DNA of 64,000 nucleotides from Oscillospiraceae bacterium (GCA_022509005.1 JAFLUC010000001.1:10521-74520), one strand, 5' to 3'. Positions 20,280-31,216 are shown, counted from the stretch's first letter. Numbers and translations are program-made. The notes: generated from the sequence alone by a model not told the origin.

Positions 20280-23200
20280 TTATTTAAAATAATTTACGCC
20301 TGCCTCAAACAGTTTCTGATCCTTCTGACCCGGAACATTTGAAGCTATATTGTTGCCGATACGCTCGCTGTGTCCCATCTTACCGAGGATTCTGCCGTCC
20401 GGTGATGTGATACCTTCAATTGAAGCTATTGAACCGTTCGGGTTCCATTCGCTGTCATAGGTAGCCTTGCCGTCAAGATTTACATACTGTGTTGCGATCT
20501 GACCGTTTGCAGCAAGCTGCGCAACCATTTCAGGTGACGCGATAAATCGTCCTTCACCGTGTGAAAGCGCGATCGTGTGAACATCGCCCGTTTCCACATT
20601 TGCAAACCATGGTGATTTGTTTGACGCAATTCTTGTATACGCCATTCTTGATATATGTCTGCCAATCGTGTTAAACGTGAGCGTAGGCATATCCGCGTCA
20701 AGATCACGAATCTCACCGTACGGCACAAGACCAAGTTTTACAAGTGCCTGGAAACCGTTACAGATACCGAGCATAAGACCATCGCGGTTCTTTAACATAT
20801 TCATAACCGCTTCCTTAACCTGAGGATTTCTGAATGCAGTTGCAATAAACTTACCTGAACCCTCCGGCTCATCACCGCCTGAGAAGCCGCCCGGAATCAT
20901 TACGATCTGGCTGTTGTCTATTCTTCTCTTCATCTCGGCAAGCGATTCTTCAACGTCATTACCTGTGAGGTTTCTTATAACAAATACATCAGCTGCACCG
21001 CCTGCGCGTTCAAATACTCTTGCAGTGTCATACTCGCAGTTTGTGCCCGGGAATACCGGTATAAATATTCTCGGCTTTGCAAACTTCTCACCGGCTACAA
21101 TTATACTTCTCTTATCGTATGAATATGTTTCCGGCTCCTCTGTAAAGTGACCTGCGTGTGTCGGATAAATACGCTCTAACGGCTCTGTCCATGCCTTTGC
21201 CGCCTCGCAAAGCGGAATCTCAACACCGCACGCCTTAAGGCTCTTGCCGCCTGTTGTACCGATCACGATACCGCCTCTGAGCTCCTCATCGGACTCAACC
21301 ACGATACCGCCGAGCGGTGCGCCGAAGAGCATGTCAGGAGTTACATTAAGCTCTGCGCCAATCATGTTGCCAAATGCCGACTTTGCAACAACCTCTGCAA
21401 GACCGAATCCCTTTATTGCAGTTGCAGAGATAACCTTGCCCTCAACCTCTGCCGCGTGGACATTCTCGAGCATTGTCTTATATGCGTCCCAATTCGGGAG
21501 ATCGTTTTCATCAAGCTCTAACGGGAAATATATAAGCTTTGAACCCGATTTGATATATTCCTGTGAAATTACCATATCCGCCTTTGCCGGAGCAACAGCG
21601 AAAGATGTGAGCGTCGGAGGAACATCAAGCTCATTGAATGAGCCGGACATTGAATCCTTACCGCCTATAGCCGCGATATTGAGCGCGAGCTGTGCCTTGT
21701 ATGCGCCCATGAGCGCTGCAAACGGCTTGCCCCAACGCTTCGGGTCTGTGCCTAAGCGTTCAAAATACTCCTGGAACGTGAGATATATCGTCTTATAATC
21801 AGCGCCCATAGCCACTGCCTTTGAAACTGATTCAACAACAGCGAAGGTTGAACCGTGATATGGTGACCACTTTGAGATCTCCGGATTATAGCCGAATGTC
21901 ATTATTGTAGCCGAATTTGTCTGTCCGGTAAGTACCGGAACCTTTGCAGCCATACCGTCTGTAGGCGTGAGCTGATACTTACCGCCGAACGGCATGAGAA
22001 CCGAGCCTGCACCGATAGTTGAATCGAATTTTTCAGAAAGTCCCTTCTGTGAGCATACATTAAGATTTCCGAGAGTTTCAAGCCACTTTGCTTTTATATC
22101 ACCCTCTGCCGTCTTATTAAACGGAGCCTCGCACTCATTAGGAAGCTCTACTTCTATATCAGTGTTCTTGGTCGCACCGTTTGTGTTTAAGAAGTCACGA
22201 GAAATATCACATACAGTCTTGCCTCTCCAGTTCATAACGAGTCTGTTCTCGTCTGTTACAACAGCAACCTTAGTAGCCTCAAGGTTTTCCTCGTGCGCAT
22301 ATTTTATAAATGTATCAGCGTCCTTTTCACGAACGACAACCGCCATTCTTTCCTGCGACTCGGAAATTGCAAGCTCTGTACCGTCAAGACCCTCGTACTT
22401 CTTCGGAACCTTATCAAGATCAATCTGTAATCCGTCCGCAAGCTCGCCTATAGCAACAGAAACGCCACCCGCGCCAAAATCATTACAGCGTCTTATAAGT
22501 GTTGTAACCTTATTATCGCGGAACAGTCTTTGCAGCTTTCTTTCAATCGGCGGATTACCCTTCTGTACCTCAGAACCGCATGTTACAACTGACTTCTCGT
22601 CATGTGCCTTTGATGAGCCTGTGGCGCCGCCGATACCGTCGCGCCCTGTACGTCCGCCCAGGAGGATTATAACATCACCCTTTTCGGGTACTTCTCTTAT
22701 TACATTAGCCTTAGGAGCCGCTCCTATAACTGCTCCTATCTCCATTCTCTTTGCTACATACCCCTCGTCATAGATCTCCTGAACCTGACCTGTTGCAAGA
22801 CCGATCTGGTTTCCGTATGAACTGTAGCCTGATGACGCTTTCTTTGTAATCTTTCTCTGCATGAGCTTGCCCGGGATAGTTTCCTTAAGGCTCTTTCTCG
22901 GATCGCCCGCACCTGTTACACGCATTGCCTGATATACATATGAACGACCTGATAACGGGTCACGGATCGCTCCGCCAAGACATGTCGCAGCACCGCCGAA
23001 CGGCTCAATTTCCGTCGGATGGTTATGCGTTTCGTTCTTGAACATTATGAGCCAGTCCTCTGTTTTGCCCTCTATCTCAACCGGCATAACGATTGAGCAG
23101 GCATTGATTTCCTCCGACTCGTCTATTTCTTTCAGATAACCCTTCTTTTTAAGCTGCTTTACAATAATTGTAGCCATATTCATAAGGCAGGTATTCCTAT

Positions 23201-23996
23201 CCTTATCGTATAATTCAGCCTTTGCGTCAAGATACTCAGCATATGCATCCGCAATAACGTCCGAATACTTGCCGTCCGGTATATTAACATTGTTTATCTT
23301 TGTTGAGAAGGTTGTGTGACGGCAATGGTCTGACCAGTATGTATCAATCATACGAAGCTCGGTAACCGTCGGATTTCTCTTCTCGTCATTAGCAAAATAG
23401 TTCTGACAGAATTTCAAATCGTCAAGATCCATTGCAAAGCCCATGCTGTCTAAAAATGCCTGCATGTCAGCCTCGCCCATTGTGATGAAGCCGTCTATGA
23501 TTTTTACATCCTCAGGATAATCAACCTTCATATCAAGTGACTCAGGTTTCTCAAGCGACGCCTCGCGTGTTTCAACAGGGTTTATAACATACTTCTTTAC
23601 CTCGGCAACGTCCTCATCAGACACATCACCTATGAGCACATATACCTTTGCATAGCGCACTGTAGGTCTGTCCTTAGCCGTAAGTATCGAAATACATTCC
23701 TCAGCGCTTGCTGCTCTCTGGTCAAACTGACCCGGAAGCGCTTCAACGCCGAAACGCTTTCCCTCAGGAATCTCAATCTTTTCATCATAAGCATTGTCAA
23801 CCGGCGGTTCTGAGAAGATAAGACCTCTCGCCTTACTGTATTCCTCATCTGTTATGCCCTCTACATCATAACGGTTTATGATGCGGACATCCTTAAGACC
23901 TGTCATATTCAGATTTTCACGAAGATCAGCAAGTATATCCTTTGCCTCAACATCAAAGCCCGGCTTTTTTTCAACATAAATTCTTCTTACAGCCAT
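20280..23996 (-). CDS. purL: phosphoribosylformylglycinamidine synthase, single-chain large form
   Basis: 1238 aa with a PurS-like N-terminus, AIR-synthase-related repeats (ETHNHPT) and a C-terminal glutaminase (GICNGFQ, HGEGR). Confidence 0.95.
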   Translation of the reverse strand: MAVRRIYVEKKPGFDVEAKDILADLRENLNMTGLKDVRIINRYDVEGITDEEYSKARGLIFSEPPVDNAYDEKIEIPEGKRFGVEALPGQFDQRAASAEECISILTAKDRPTVRYAKVYVLIGDVSDEDVAEVKKYVINPVETREASLEKPESLDMKVDYPEDVKIIDGFITMGEADMQAFLDSMGFAMDLDDLKFCQNYFANDEKRNPTVTELRMIDTYWSDHCRHTTFSTKINNVNIPDGKYSDVIADAYAEYLDAKAELYDKDRNTCLMNMATIIVKQLKKKGYLKEIDESEEINACSIVMPVEIEGKTEDWLIMFKNETHNHPTEIEPFGGAATCLGGAIRDPLSGRSYVYQAMRVTGAGDPRKSLKETIPGKLMQRKITKKASSGYSSYGNQIGLATGQVQEIYDEGYVAKRMEIGAVIGAAPKANVIREVPEKGDVIILLGGRTGRDGIGGATGSSKAHDEKSVVTCGSEVQKGNPPIERKLQRLFRDNKVTTLIRRCNDFGAGGVSVAIGELADGLQIDLDKVPKKYEGLDGTELAISESQERMAVVVREKDADTFIKYAHEENLEATKVAVVTDENRLVMNWRGKTVCDISRDFLNTNGATKNTDIEVELPNECEAPFNKTAEGDIKAKWLETLGNLNVCSQKGLSEKFDSTIGAGSVLMPFGGKYQLTPTDGMAAKVPVLTGQTNSATIMTFGYNPEISKWSPYHGSTFAVVESVSKAVAMGADYKTIYLTFQEYFERLGTDPKRWGKPFAALMGAYKAQLALNIAAIGGKDSMSGSFNELDVPPTLTSFAVAPAKADMVISQEYIKSGSKLIYFPLELDENDLPNWDAYKTMLENVHAAEVEGKVISATAIKGFGLAEVVAKSAFGNMIGAELNVTPDMLFGAPLGGIVVESDEELRGGIVIGTTGGKSLKACGVEIPLCEAAKAWTEPLERIYPTHAGHFTEEPETYSYDKRSIIVAGEKFAKPRIFIPVFPGTNCEYDTARVFERAGGAADVFVIRNLTGNDVEESLAEMKRRIDNSQIVMIPGGFSGGDEPEGSGKFIATAFRNPQVKEAVMNMLKNRDGLMLGICNGFQALVKLGLVPYGEIRDLDADMPTLTFNTIGRHISRMAYTRIASNKSPWFANVETGDVHTIALSHGEGRFIASPEMVAQLAANGQIATQYVNLDGKATYDSEWNPNGSIASIEGITSPDGRILGKMGHSERIGNNIASNVPGQKDQKLFEAGVNYFK

Positions 23997-24077
23997 CTTT
24001 AGTCTCCTTTATTATAATGCCTTGCGCGGTATAATACCGCTACACAATTCTATATGGTTATTCTATCATATTCTCTT

Positions 24078-24956
24078 TCAATTTGCAATACCTAAATTCA
24101 GTGATTGCGGAGTTTCAAGAGTAATATTTCCTATCTTGCAGCCCCGAAGCTCGTCGAGCACCATGTTTGCTGCGCGCTCCATATCAACCTCACCGCCGCT
24201 TATAACGAATCCTCTGCGTCTGCCTATAAGCTCTAACAGCTCGTATCCTTGAAGCTCTGCTATTTCATCCTTTATCTTATATCGCGTCTTTACCTCCTCA
24301 GGGTATTCATCACGCAGATACTCGCATAACGAATATGCTAAAAGCTCGGTATTCATTATCTCGTCACGGATAGCGCCCGTGTATGCAAGACGCTTTGCAA
24401 GCTCCTGATCCTCAAACTTCGGCGGCAATATGCCCGGTGTGTCTAAAAGCTCGGCATCACCTTTAATTCTCAGCCACTGCTTGCCCTTTGTAACACCTGG
24501 GCGGTCACCCGTTTTTGTGCTTGCCTTTCCCAAGAGGCGATTTATAAGACTCGATTTTCCCACATTCGGAATACCGACCATCATGAGCTTCAGAGTTCTT
24601 GTTCTCCCCTTCTCGGCATCACGGTTGATTCTTTCCTGAACGAGATCACGTGCGGCTGCAAGCACCTTATTTATACCCATTCCGGTCGTACAGCTTATTG
24701 GAATAACCTTTATTCCCCTCTCGTTATACCATGCAATCCACATATCTGTTTTTCTGCGGTCTGCAAGATCAGATTTGTTCATAACAAGAAGCCGCGGCTT
24801 ATGCTTTATTATGTCGTCAAAATTAGGATTACGTCCCGAAAACGGAATTCTTGCATCAAGAATTTCAACGACAACATCTATCATTTTGAGATTATCTTCA
24901 ATGAGTCGCCTCGTTTTTGCCATGTGACCCGGATACCATTGTAATATATTCTGCAT
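24078..24956 (-). CDS. rbgA: ribosome biogenesis GTPase A (YlqF/RbgA)
   Basis: MQNILQWYPGHMAKT, and circularly permuted G motifs (NKSDL ... GIPNVGKSS ... DTPG). I place the start at 24956, behind AAAGGAAAGAG. Confidence 0.9.
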   Translation of the reverse strand: MQNILQWYPGHMAKTRRLIEDNLKMIDVVVEILDARIPFSGRNPNFDDIIKHKPRLLVMNKSDLADRRKTDMWIAWYNERGIKVIPISCTTGMGINKVLAAARDLVQERINRDAEKGRTRTLKLMMVGIPNVGKSSLINRLLGKASTKTGDRPGVTKGKQWLRIKGDAELLDTPGILPPKFEDQELAKRLAYTGAIRDEIMNTELLAYSLCEYLRDEYPEEVKTRYKIKDEIAELQGYELLELIGRRRGFVISGGEVDMERAANMVLDELRGCKIGNITLETPQSLNLGIAN

Positions 24957-24977
24957 ATCTCTTTCCTTTCTTATATA

Positions 24978-25016
24978 CAATTATAGGTGTATCATTTTGA
25001 TACACCTATAATTGTA
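24978..25016 (-). terminator. perfect 17-bp palindrome between lepB and rbgA (probable terminator/attenuator)
   Basis: ACAATTATAGGTGTATC-atttt-GATACACCTATAATTGT. Confidence 0.45.
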
Positions 25017-25772
25017 TTATTTTACTTTTCCGAATTTTGATAATGGGAATACCCTGAGCTGTGCTTTTCCAAGTATAGACTTTATCGGTACCTGACCAAG
25101 CCTCGGATCGCGGCTGTCTGATGAATGCTCTCTGTTATCTCCCATTACAAATACACAGCCTTCCTCAACCGTAGTTTTATAATCACCCTCAGAAGTATAT
25201 GTTGAACCCTGAATATAAGGCTCCACAAGCTTGACATTATCAACATAAACCTCTCCACCGGTTATTTCAACAGTCTGTCCCTCGGTTGCAATTACACGCT
25301 TCACATAATATTTCTTTTTATATTCATTAGGTAGAGAAAAGCTCTTTATTATCTTGTTTATACCTGTTATATTTTCTCTCTTAAAATATTCCTCGCGCTT
25401 TTTATACACACTGTCAAGAATGATAATATCACCATTATGCGGCTTGTATCCGAGTCTTGTAACAATAAGACGCTGACCGTCAGAAAGCGTCGGATCCATG
25501 CTGCGTCCGTCTACCTTTACAATTTCAACAACGAAACACTTTATAGCCAACGCAACAGCAATAGCAATCGCGATTGAATATACCCATTCAAATATCTCAC
25601 GAGCAGCTGATTTTTTCTTTTTCTCTTTCTTCTTCTCCGGTTCTGTCGTTTCTGTTACATTATCAATTTCAACAGCGTTTGCTGATCCCTCTTGCTCTGC
25701 TGTGGTGTTTTCAGCTTTTGCATCTTCCTCCGGATTATTTATATTTTCATTTATGTTTTTGTTTTCGTCCAT
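25017..25772 (-). CDS. lepB: signal peptidase I
   Basis: TM anchor, catalytic S in GRSMDPTL, GDNREHSSDSR box. Acidic/Lys-rich N-terminal extension. I place the start at 25772, behind AGAGAGG. Confidence 0.85.
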   Translation of the reverse strand: MDENKNINENINNPEEDAKAENTTAEQEGSANAVEIDNVTETTEPEKKKEKKKKSAAREIFEWVYSIAIAIAVALAIKCFVVEIVKVDGRSMDPTLSDGQRLIVTRLGYKPHNGDIIILDSVYKKREEYFKRENITGINKIIKSFSLPNEYKKKYYVKRVIATEGQTVEITGGEVYVDNVKLVEPYIQGSTYTSEGDYKTTVEEGCVFVMGDNREHSSDSRDPRLGQVPIKSILGKAQLRVFPLSKFGKVK

Positions 25773-25801
25773 AGTAAAAACCTCTCTTTCAGATTGCACT
25801 G

Positions 25802-25836
25802 AAAAAAATTACAGGACGGCGCATTGCACCGTCCGT
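25802..25836 (-). terminator. intrinsic terminator after rplS
   Basis: GGACGG(t)GC...GC(g)CCGTCC stem followed by T7 on the minus strand. Confidence 0.6.
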
Positions 25837-25842
25837 AACCCC

Positions 25843-26193
25843 TCAGATTCTTTCCTTAACCTTTGCAGCTTTACCTACTCTGTCACGGAGATAGAAGAGC
25901 TTAGCACGACGAACCTTACCGTGTCTTACAACTTCGATCTTCTCAACGTTAGGTGAATTTACCGGCCATGTCTTTTCAACACCAACACCGTATGAAATAC
26001 GTCTTGCTGTGAATGTTTTGCCGATACCGCCGCCCTGGATCTTGATGATTGTACCCTCGAACATCTGAGTTCTTGTTCTTGAACCCTCAACGATCTTCTG
26101 GTAAACCTTAACTGTGTCACCAACCTGAATTTCAGGAAGGTCATTTCTTATCTGGTCTTTTGCGATTGAATCAAGAATTTCTTTTGTGTTCAT
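25843..26193 (-). CDS. rplS: 50S ribosomal protein L19
   Basis: [10 protein letters not shown]...[32 protein letters not shown]...[11 protein letters not shown] place the start at 26193, behind GGAGGA, not at the track start. Confidence 0.95.
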   Translation of the reverse strand: MNTKEILDSIAKDQIRNDLPEIQVGDTVKVYQKIVEGSRTRTQMFEGTIIKIQGGGIGKTFTARRISYGVGVEKTWPVNSPNVEKIEVVRHGKVRRAKLFYLRDRVGKAAKVKERI

Positions 26194-26263
26194 GATCAAA
26201 TCCTCCTTTATAACTGAGACATTCGTGCCGACCAAGGCAGAGGACTGTCCGTAATTCCAAAAT

Positions 26264-26292
26264 ATTATATCATAACCAATAGTTTAATTCAA
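26264..26292 (-). promoter_or_regulatory. sigma-A-type promoter for rplS (TTGAAT-17-TATAAT)
   Basis: The reverse strand reads TTGAAT taaactattggttatga TATAAT, about 70 nt upstream of the rplS ATG. Confidence 0.5.
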
Positions 26293-26361
26293 GTATTTTT
26301 TTAATCCGTATTGATGAAATTTCACAGTTAAATATCGTTTTTATTGTATATTATACCCAAA

Positions 26362-26967
26362 TCACTCTCCGTTATTAATTATAATAATGCCTACTCCGCT
26401 CTTAACTGAAATTTCACATATATTGTTTTCTATAATATTACTATTTCCGCGGCTTGTGCCGAAATACAGAGTTTCGTTATCAAGCTGCCATCTAAGACCT
26501 TTTGTTGTGATTCCGGTCAGATCGCCGTATACAGGTATAATCGAAAGTGTTTTCCCTTTGCAGCCATCAATAATAAGCTTATCCTTTATTATGTGTATCT
26601 CATTCTTGTCATCGACAAGAAATGAACCGGGATAGCTCTGCATAATGAATATGTCCGTAAGTGTATGGTCTAATCTGTCTCCGGTCATGCCCAGCAGCAT
26701 AATTTCGTCATATCCATGCTCTTTTGCGTACGATACTGCAAGCTCGCCATCGGTAAAATCTTTATCTGTAGGATATTCGTATATCTTTATGCCAGGCTCC
26801 CTATAATGCGAATCAAAGTCACCAATTGCAATATCGGGTGTAATGCCCATTGCTTTTGCATGACGAATACCACCGTCTGCACATATTATAAAATCGCTGC
26901 TCTTAAGCCGCGATTTTATATAATCATAATTATTTATTGTTCCGTTTCCTATTATAACTGCGCGCAT
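26362..26967 (-). CDS. thiN: thiamine diphosphokinase
   Basis: IIGNG...ICADGG...IGDFDS...DKD.TD blocks of TPK. Conserved position after rpe. Confidence 0.85.
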   Translation of the reverse strand: MRAVIIGNGTINNYDYIKSRLKSSDFIICADGGIRHAKAMGITPDIAIGDFDSHYREPGIKIYEYPTDKDFTDGELAVSYAKEHGYDEIMLLGMTGDRLDHTLTDIFIMQSYPGSFLVDDKNEIHIIKDKLIIDGCKGKTLSIIPVYGDLTGITTKGLRWQLDNETLYFGTSRGNSNIIENNICEISVKSGVGIIIINNGE

Positions 26968-27602
26968 TTTGCAGTCAGCTCCTTAATGTTGTCAGTTATT
27001 GAGCCTTGAAATACTGCGCTCCCGGCCACAATCACATTTGCTCCGGCAAGTACAGGCTCTGTTATATTTTTGTTATTAACACCGCCGTCAATCTGAATAA
27101 GAAAATCAGATCCGGTAATTTTCCGGAGCTCCGAGATTTTTTCTTCAACGGCTTTTATATATGCCTGACCTCCGTAACCCGGCTCGACTGTCATGCATAA
27201 AACCATATCCGCTTTATCGATATACGGCAGTATAATATCAATCGGCGTATTCGGACTTATTGCCACACCAGCGCGGCATCCGCGTCGTTTTATCATATCT
27301 ATACAGCCGCCTATGCCATTTGTCGCCTCTGCATGGAAGGTTACAAAATCAGCACCGGAGTCTATAAACCTATCTATATATTTTTCCGGCTCAACTATCA
27401 TCAGATGAACGTCAAAAACCATGTCTGTGATTTTTCTTATTGAGTCAATAACAGGAAAAGCAAAGCTTATATTCGGTACAAATACGCCATCCATTACATC
27501 TATATGCAACCACGGCGCACCCGCAGACTCAGCCTCTTTTATCTGCTGTCCTAAATTCGCAAAATCCGCCGCAAGGATCGACGGCGCGAGAATTATGTCC
27601 AT
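26952..27602 (-). CDS. rpe: ribulose-phosphate 3-epimerase
   Basis: APSILAADF, HIDVMDG.FVPN, VEPGYGGQ and DGG motifs. Confidence 0.95.
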   Translation of the reverse strand: MDIILAPSILAADFANLGQQIKEAESAGAPWLHIDVMDGVFVPNISFAFPVIDSIRKITDMVFDVHLMIVEPEKYIDRFIDSGADFVTFHAEATNGIGGCIDMIKRRGCRAGVAISPNTPIDIILPYIDKADMVLCMTVEPGYGGQAYIKAVEEKISELRKITGSDFLIQIDGGVNNKNITEPVLAGANVIVAGSAVFQGSITDNIKELTAKCAQL

Positions 27603-28453
27603 TGTTTCCTACTCCTTTGTATTTCATACAGCTCTTTGTATGATTCATATCTTGAAGCTGCAATTTTGCCTGAGCGAACCATTTCCTTAACAGCGCAGTC
27701 TGGTTCGCCTATATGCGCGCAGCCGCGAAAACGGCATTGCCCCGTAAGCTCTCGCATTTCCGGAAAGCATTGTGACAGTTCTTCGCATGTCACATCCTCC
27801 GGTTCTATTGACGAAAATCCCGGAGTATCAAGCACGTATCCGCCGCCTTGTATTTTAAACAGCTCCACGTGTCTTGTTGTATGTCTGCCCCGGCTTATTT
27901 TATCCGATACTGATCCGGTTTCCAGTCCCTGCCCGGTTATAAGAGTTAAAAGACTTGATTTCCCGACTCCGCTCACGCCTGCAAAAGCCGCTGTTCGGCC
28001 GCGTATCAGAGAATATAGCTCTTCTATTCCCTCACCCTTCTCCGCGCTCACAGCAAGCGTTCTGTAACCTGCATTTTCATAAAGCTTCATCAGATCTGAA
28101 CAGTCCGCAAGATCAATTTTGTTTACGCAGACAATCGGCTCTATTCCGTTTATTTCAGCATTTACAAGCATTTTATCAATTACCGCTGTGCTCGGATCAG
28201 GACTTTTTGCCGCTGCTACTACAACGATCATATCTATATTGGCAACAGCCGGTCTTATCAGCTTCGATCGGCGCGGATATATTTCATTAATCGAACCCTT
28301 GCCGTTTTTTACCTCAATTTCCACCTCATCGCCAATCATCGGAATTATGCGTTCACGGCGAAATTTACCGCGGGCTTTGCACTCAACCGAGCCAAGCTCC
28401 TCAGTCATCACATAATAGAACCCGCCTATACCTTTATATATTGTACCCTTCAT
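27593..28453 (-). CDS. rsgA: ribosome small-subunit-dependent GTPase A
   Basis: OB-fold N-terminus, NKIDL, GVSGVGKSSL, DTPGF and a C-terminal zinc cluster CRFRGCAH..EPDC. Confidence 0.9.
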   Translation of the reverse strand: MKGTIYKGIGGFYYVMTEELGSVECKARGKFRRERIIPMIGDEVEIEVKNGKGSINEIYPRRSKLIRPAVANIDMIVVVAAAKSPDPSTAVIDKMLVNAEINGIEPIVCVNKIDLADCSDLMKLYENAGYRTLAVSAEKGEGIEELYSLIRGRTAAFAGVSGVGKSSLLTLITGQGLETGSVSDKISRGRHTTRHVELFKIQGGGYVLDTPGFSSIEPEDVTCEELSQCFPEMRELTGQCRFRGCAHIGEPDCAVKEMVRSGKIAASRYESYKELYEIQRSRKQWT

Positions 28454-30492
28454 CAGAATGTAACCGTCTTATCGCTTATCTTTGCTCCGTCTATATAAGC
28501 TTGTATGCTTACACTGCCACTCTCGTGAATCTCAACCGCAACCTGTCCCTCAGTCTTGGAATGCACCGCATCATGAACAGTTTCGCCGTTTGCAACAATC
28601 TTAACATTTACCGTATCATTTGCAGCATCTGCCGGAATTCTGACTGTATACATATGACCTGCCGCAGAGCCTCCGGTTGGAGTGGTATTTGTTTCCGTAA
28701 CGGGTTGAGAGTTGTTGCTTTCCGTTTGTGGTGCCTTCGGCTGGACTGTCTCCGTGCCGCCGCCATTTGAAACGACAACAGAAACTGTATCACCCTCCTT
28801 AAGCTTAGTTCCGGGATCAGGACTCTGTCTAATTACGATTCCTGCCGGCTGAGAAGAGGGACTGTTTGAAACAGAGTCGATACCGAGCCCTATTGATATC
28901 AAGTGTGAGCTTGCATTATCAAGCGTATAACCTGTAAGAGCCGGCACTTCAACATCTGTTTTCTGTTTATAAACAGGCTTTTTACCCACGCTGTAATGGA
29001 TAGTAACGATATCACCTTCTTTAAGGTGCGTACCTGCAGCCGGAGTCTGGCGGGTTATATACCCCTCTTCAACTTCCTCATTATCTTCCTCTACCATAAA
29101 GTGTCCCAGAGAGCGATCATTAAGCGCAATAATAGCATCTTCAAGCTTCATATTTTCAAGGTTTGGAACTTCTATGCTGCCGCCCGATGGGCCAAGTGAA
29201 ACAACAAGCTTTATGGGGATGCGTTTATCTAAATCCGCCCCCGGTTCCGGAAACTGTGTTATAACATAGTCCTCCGGTACACTGTCAGATAAGGTATATT
29301 CTATCTTACTGTCTATCTTGTATTTGCTTTTTTCCGCTTCTTTATACGCATCCTCGAGACTCATATTCATAAGATCCGGAACTGTTTTTGAAAACGGTCT
29401 GAGCATCACAACTATAATAGCTGCCGCAACCAGAACAATCGCCGCAACCGTTGCAAATGCAAGCAGAATAGAATTGCGCTCTGCTCGTTTTTTATGCAAT
29501 TTTGACTTTGACGCAATTTTAGTGCGCGTGTTTCGTCCTCTTGGCATAATATCATCTTTCGTGACAATATTAATTTCTGACCTGTTTTCGCTGCTATTAT
29601 TTACCGGGAAATTATCTGTATTTTCAGCCTCTAACGACGGGAGTGTTTCATCGGCAAGTACCGCTCTTAAATCATCAAGCAGCTCACGTGTATTCTGATA
29701 GCGCTTTGCCGGTTCACGGCTCATTGCCTTCATCGTTATATACGCAAGGTCCGTTGGAACATCAAGATTAACACACTTAACGTTCACAGCCTCCTCCTCA
29801 ATATGCATAAGCGCAACTGATACAGGGCTGTCTCCGTCAAACGGAACCCTGCCTGCCAGCATCTCATAAAGCACTATGCCAAGTGAGTATATATCAGAAC
29901 GAAAATCGGTATATCCGCCCTTTGCCTGCTCCGGTGAAATATAATGAACGCTGCCCAGAGCAGTTCCTCCGGCGATTGATTTATCATTTTCCATAGCCTT
30001 GGCAATACCGAAGTCTGTAACCTTCAACACACCGCCCGGCGCCATTATAATGTTTTGCGGCTTGATGTCTCGGTGGATTATCCCCCGCTCATGCGCCGCC
30101 TGAATTCCCTGTGCAATCTGGATCGCATAGTCGCAGGCCTCCTGCCACGGCATACGAGGATTAGCCTTTATGTATTCCTTCAGCGTGATACCGTCGACAA
30201 GCTCCATTACCATATAATTAAATCCGTCAAACTCACAAACATCATAAACCGAAACGATATTCGGATGAACAAGACTTGCTGAAGATCTTGCTTCCTTTAT
30301 AAAGTTCTCTACAACCATGCTTTCGCTTTCATAGCTCTCACGAAGTATCTTAATAGCAACATCACGGTCAAGAACCTTATCATGAGCCTTGTATACCATT
30401 GCCATGCCGCCGGTTCCTATTTTACTCAGTAAAGTATATCTATTGCTAAGAGTAGAACCGACAAGATTTTCAGTATTACTCATTATTACCAT
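28453..30492 (-). CDS. prkC: Ser/Thr protein kinase with PASTA repeats
   Basis: Hanks kinase motifs (GTGGMAMVYKA, HRDIKPQN, DFGIA), a TM segment, three PASTA-like repeats and a C-terminal Ig-like domain. Confidence 0.9.
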   Translation of the reverse strand: MVIMSNTENLVGSTLSNRYTLLSKIGTGGMAMVYKAHDKVLDRDVAIKILRESYESESMVVENFIKEARSSASLVHPNIVSVYDVCEFDGFNYMVMELVDGITLKEYIKANPRMPWQEACDYAIQIAQGIQAAHERGIIHRDIKPQNIIMAPGGVLKVTDFGIAKAMENDKSIAGGTALGSVHYISPEQAKGGYTDFRSDIYSLGIVLYEMLAGRVPFDGDSPVSVALMHIEEEAVNVKCVNLDVPTDLAYITMKAMSREPAKRYQNTRELLDDLRAVLADETLPSLEAENTDNFPVNNSSENRSEINIVTKDDIMPRGRNTRTKIASKSKLHKKRAERNSILLAFATVAAIVLVAAAIIVVMLRPFSKTVPDLMNMSLEDAYKEAEKSKYKIDSKIEYTLSDSVPEDYVITQFPEPGADLDKRIPIKLVVSLGPSGGSIEVPNLENMKLEDAIIALNDRSLGHFMVEEDNEEVEEGYITRQTPAAGTHLKEGDIVTIHYSVGKKPVYKQKTDVEVPALTGYTLDNASSHLISIGLGIDSVSNSPSSQPAGIVIRQSPDPGTKLKEGDTVSVVVSNGGGTETVQPKAPQTESNNSQPVTETNTTPTGGSAAGHMYTVRIPADAANDTVNVKIVANGETVHDAVHSKTEGQVAVEIHESGSVSIQAYIDGAKISDKTVTF

Positions 30493-31216
30493 TAACTCCT
30501 TTCAGTACAACGGCGGTTATATTATCAGCGCCGCCTCGCTCCAATGCGAGTGCCATAAGCTTATTTACCGCTTCCTCCGCGCTGTTTTCATTGATCACGC
30601 TAAGAAGCTCTCCATCCTCAATTTCACCGTACAATCCATCTGTGCACAGCAACAGACTCTCACCATTATATGGTTTTACGGCAGCATCAGCCTTCACCTC
30701 CGGCTCCACGCCCATTGCTCGCGTTATCCTGTTTCTGTGAGGATGACGTTTCGCCTCCTCAGTTGTTATCATACCAAGCTTAACAAGCTCCTGAACGTAT
30801 GAATGATCCTTTGTAAGCTGTGTTATATTGTCTCTCGCCATGTACGCCCGCGAATCTCCAACGTGAGCTATTATTACATATCCGCCGCGAATCATACACA
30901 TTGTTGCGGTTGTACCCATGCCCATAACTCTTTCGTTTTCAAGCGAGTATTTGTATATCTTATCATTGGCGTATCTGAAAGCACTTCGAAGAACTTCCTG
31001 CGCCTGGAATCTGTCAAGCTCATCGGTAAGATGATCTTTTATATAATTGCCTATCTCGGTTACAGCAATAGAACTTGCAACCTCGCCTGCAAGATGACCG
31101 CCCATGCCGTCTGCAACAACAGCATACGAATACTTCTCGTCACTATAAATTGCAAAGCTGTCTTCATTAATTTTTCGGACTTTTCCGACATCGGTCAATG
31201 CTTTAATTTCCAACAC
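30476..31216 (-). CDS. stp: PP2C-family Ser/Thr phosphatase
   Basis: NEDSF, ADGMGGH, GDSR, CTDGL and DNIT motifs. Conserved pairing with prkC. Confidence 0.9.
   Translation of the reverse strand: MLEIKALTDVGKVRKINEDSFAIYSDEKYSYAVVADGMGGHLAGEVASSIAVTEIGNYIKDHLTDELDRFQAQEVLRSAFRYANDKIYKYSLENERVMGMGTTATMCMIRGGYVIIAHVGDSRAYMARDNITQLTKDHSYVQELVKLGMITTEEAKRHPHRNRITRAMGVEPEVKADAAVKPYNGESLLLCTDGLYGEIEDGELLSVINENSAEEAVNKLMALALERGGADNITAVVLKGVNGNNE

Noticed and set aside
20480-22773. Multiple 60-260-aa ORFs in other frames or antisense within purL; similar shadow ORFs occur inside priA, prkC, fhs, tmcAL and recQ
   Set aside because: They lie entirely inside long, well-supported genes and have Ser/Pro/Ala-rich shadow-frame composition. 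No SD or family resemblance.
23997-24077. Possible purine riboswitch in front of purL
   Set aside because: Only about 80 nt lie between the rbgA stop and the purL start. I cannot find the conserved purine-aptamer junction sequences, only a small GCGGTA/TACCGC hairpin.
26194-26263. Possible L19 autoregulatory leader upstream of rplS
   Set aside because: The ~70-nt leader can form small stems, but I cannot verify the Rfam L19-leader consensus from memory. Left uncalled.
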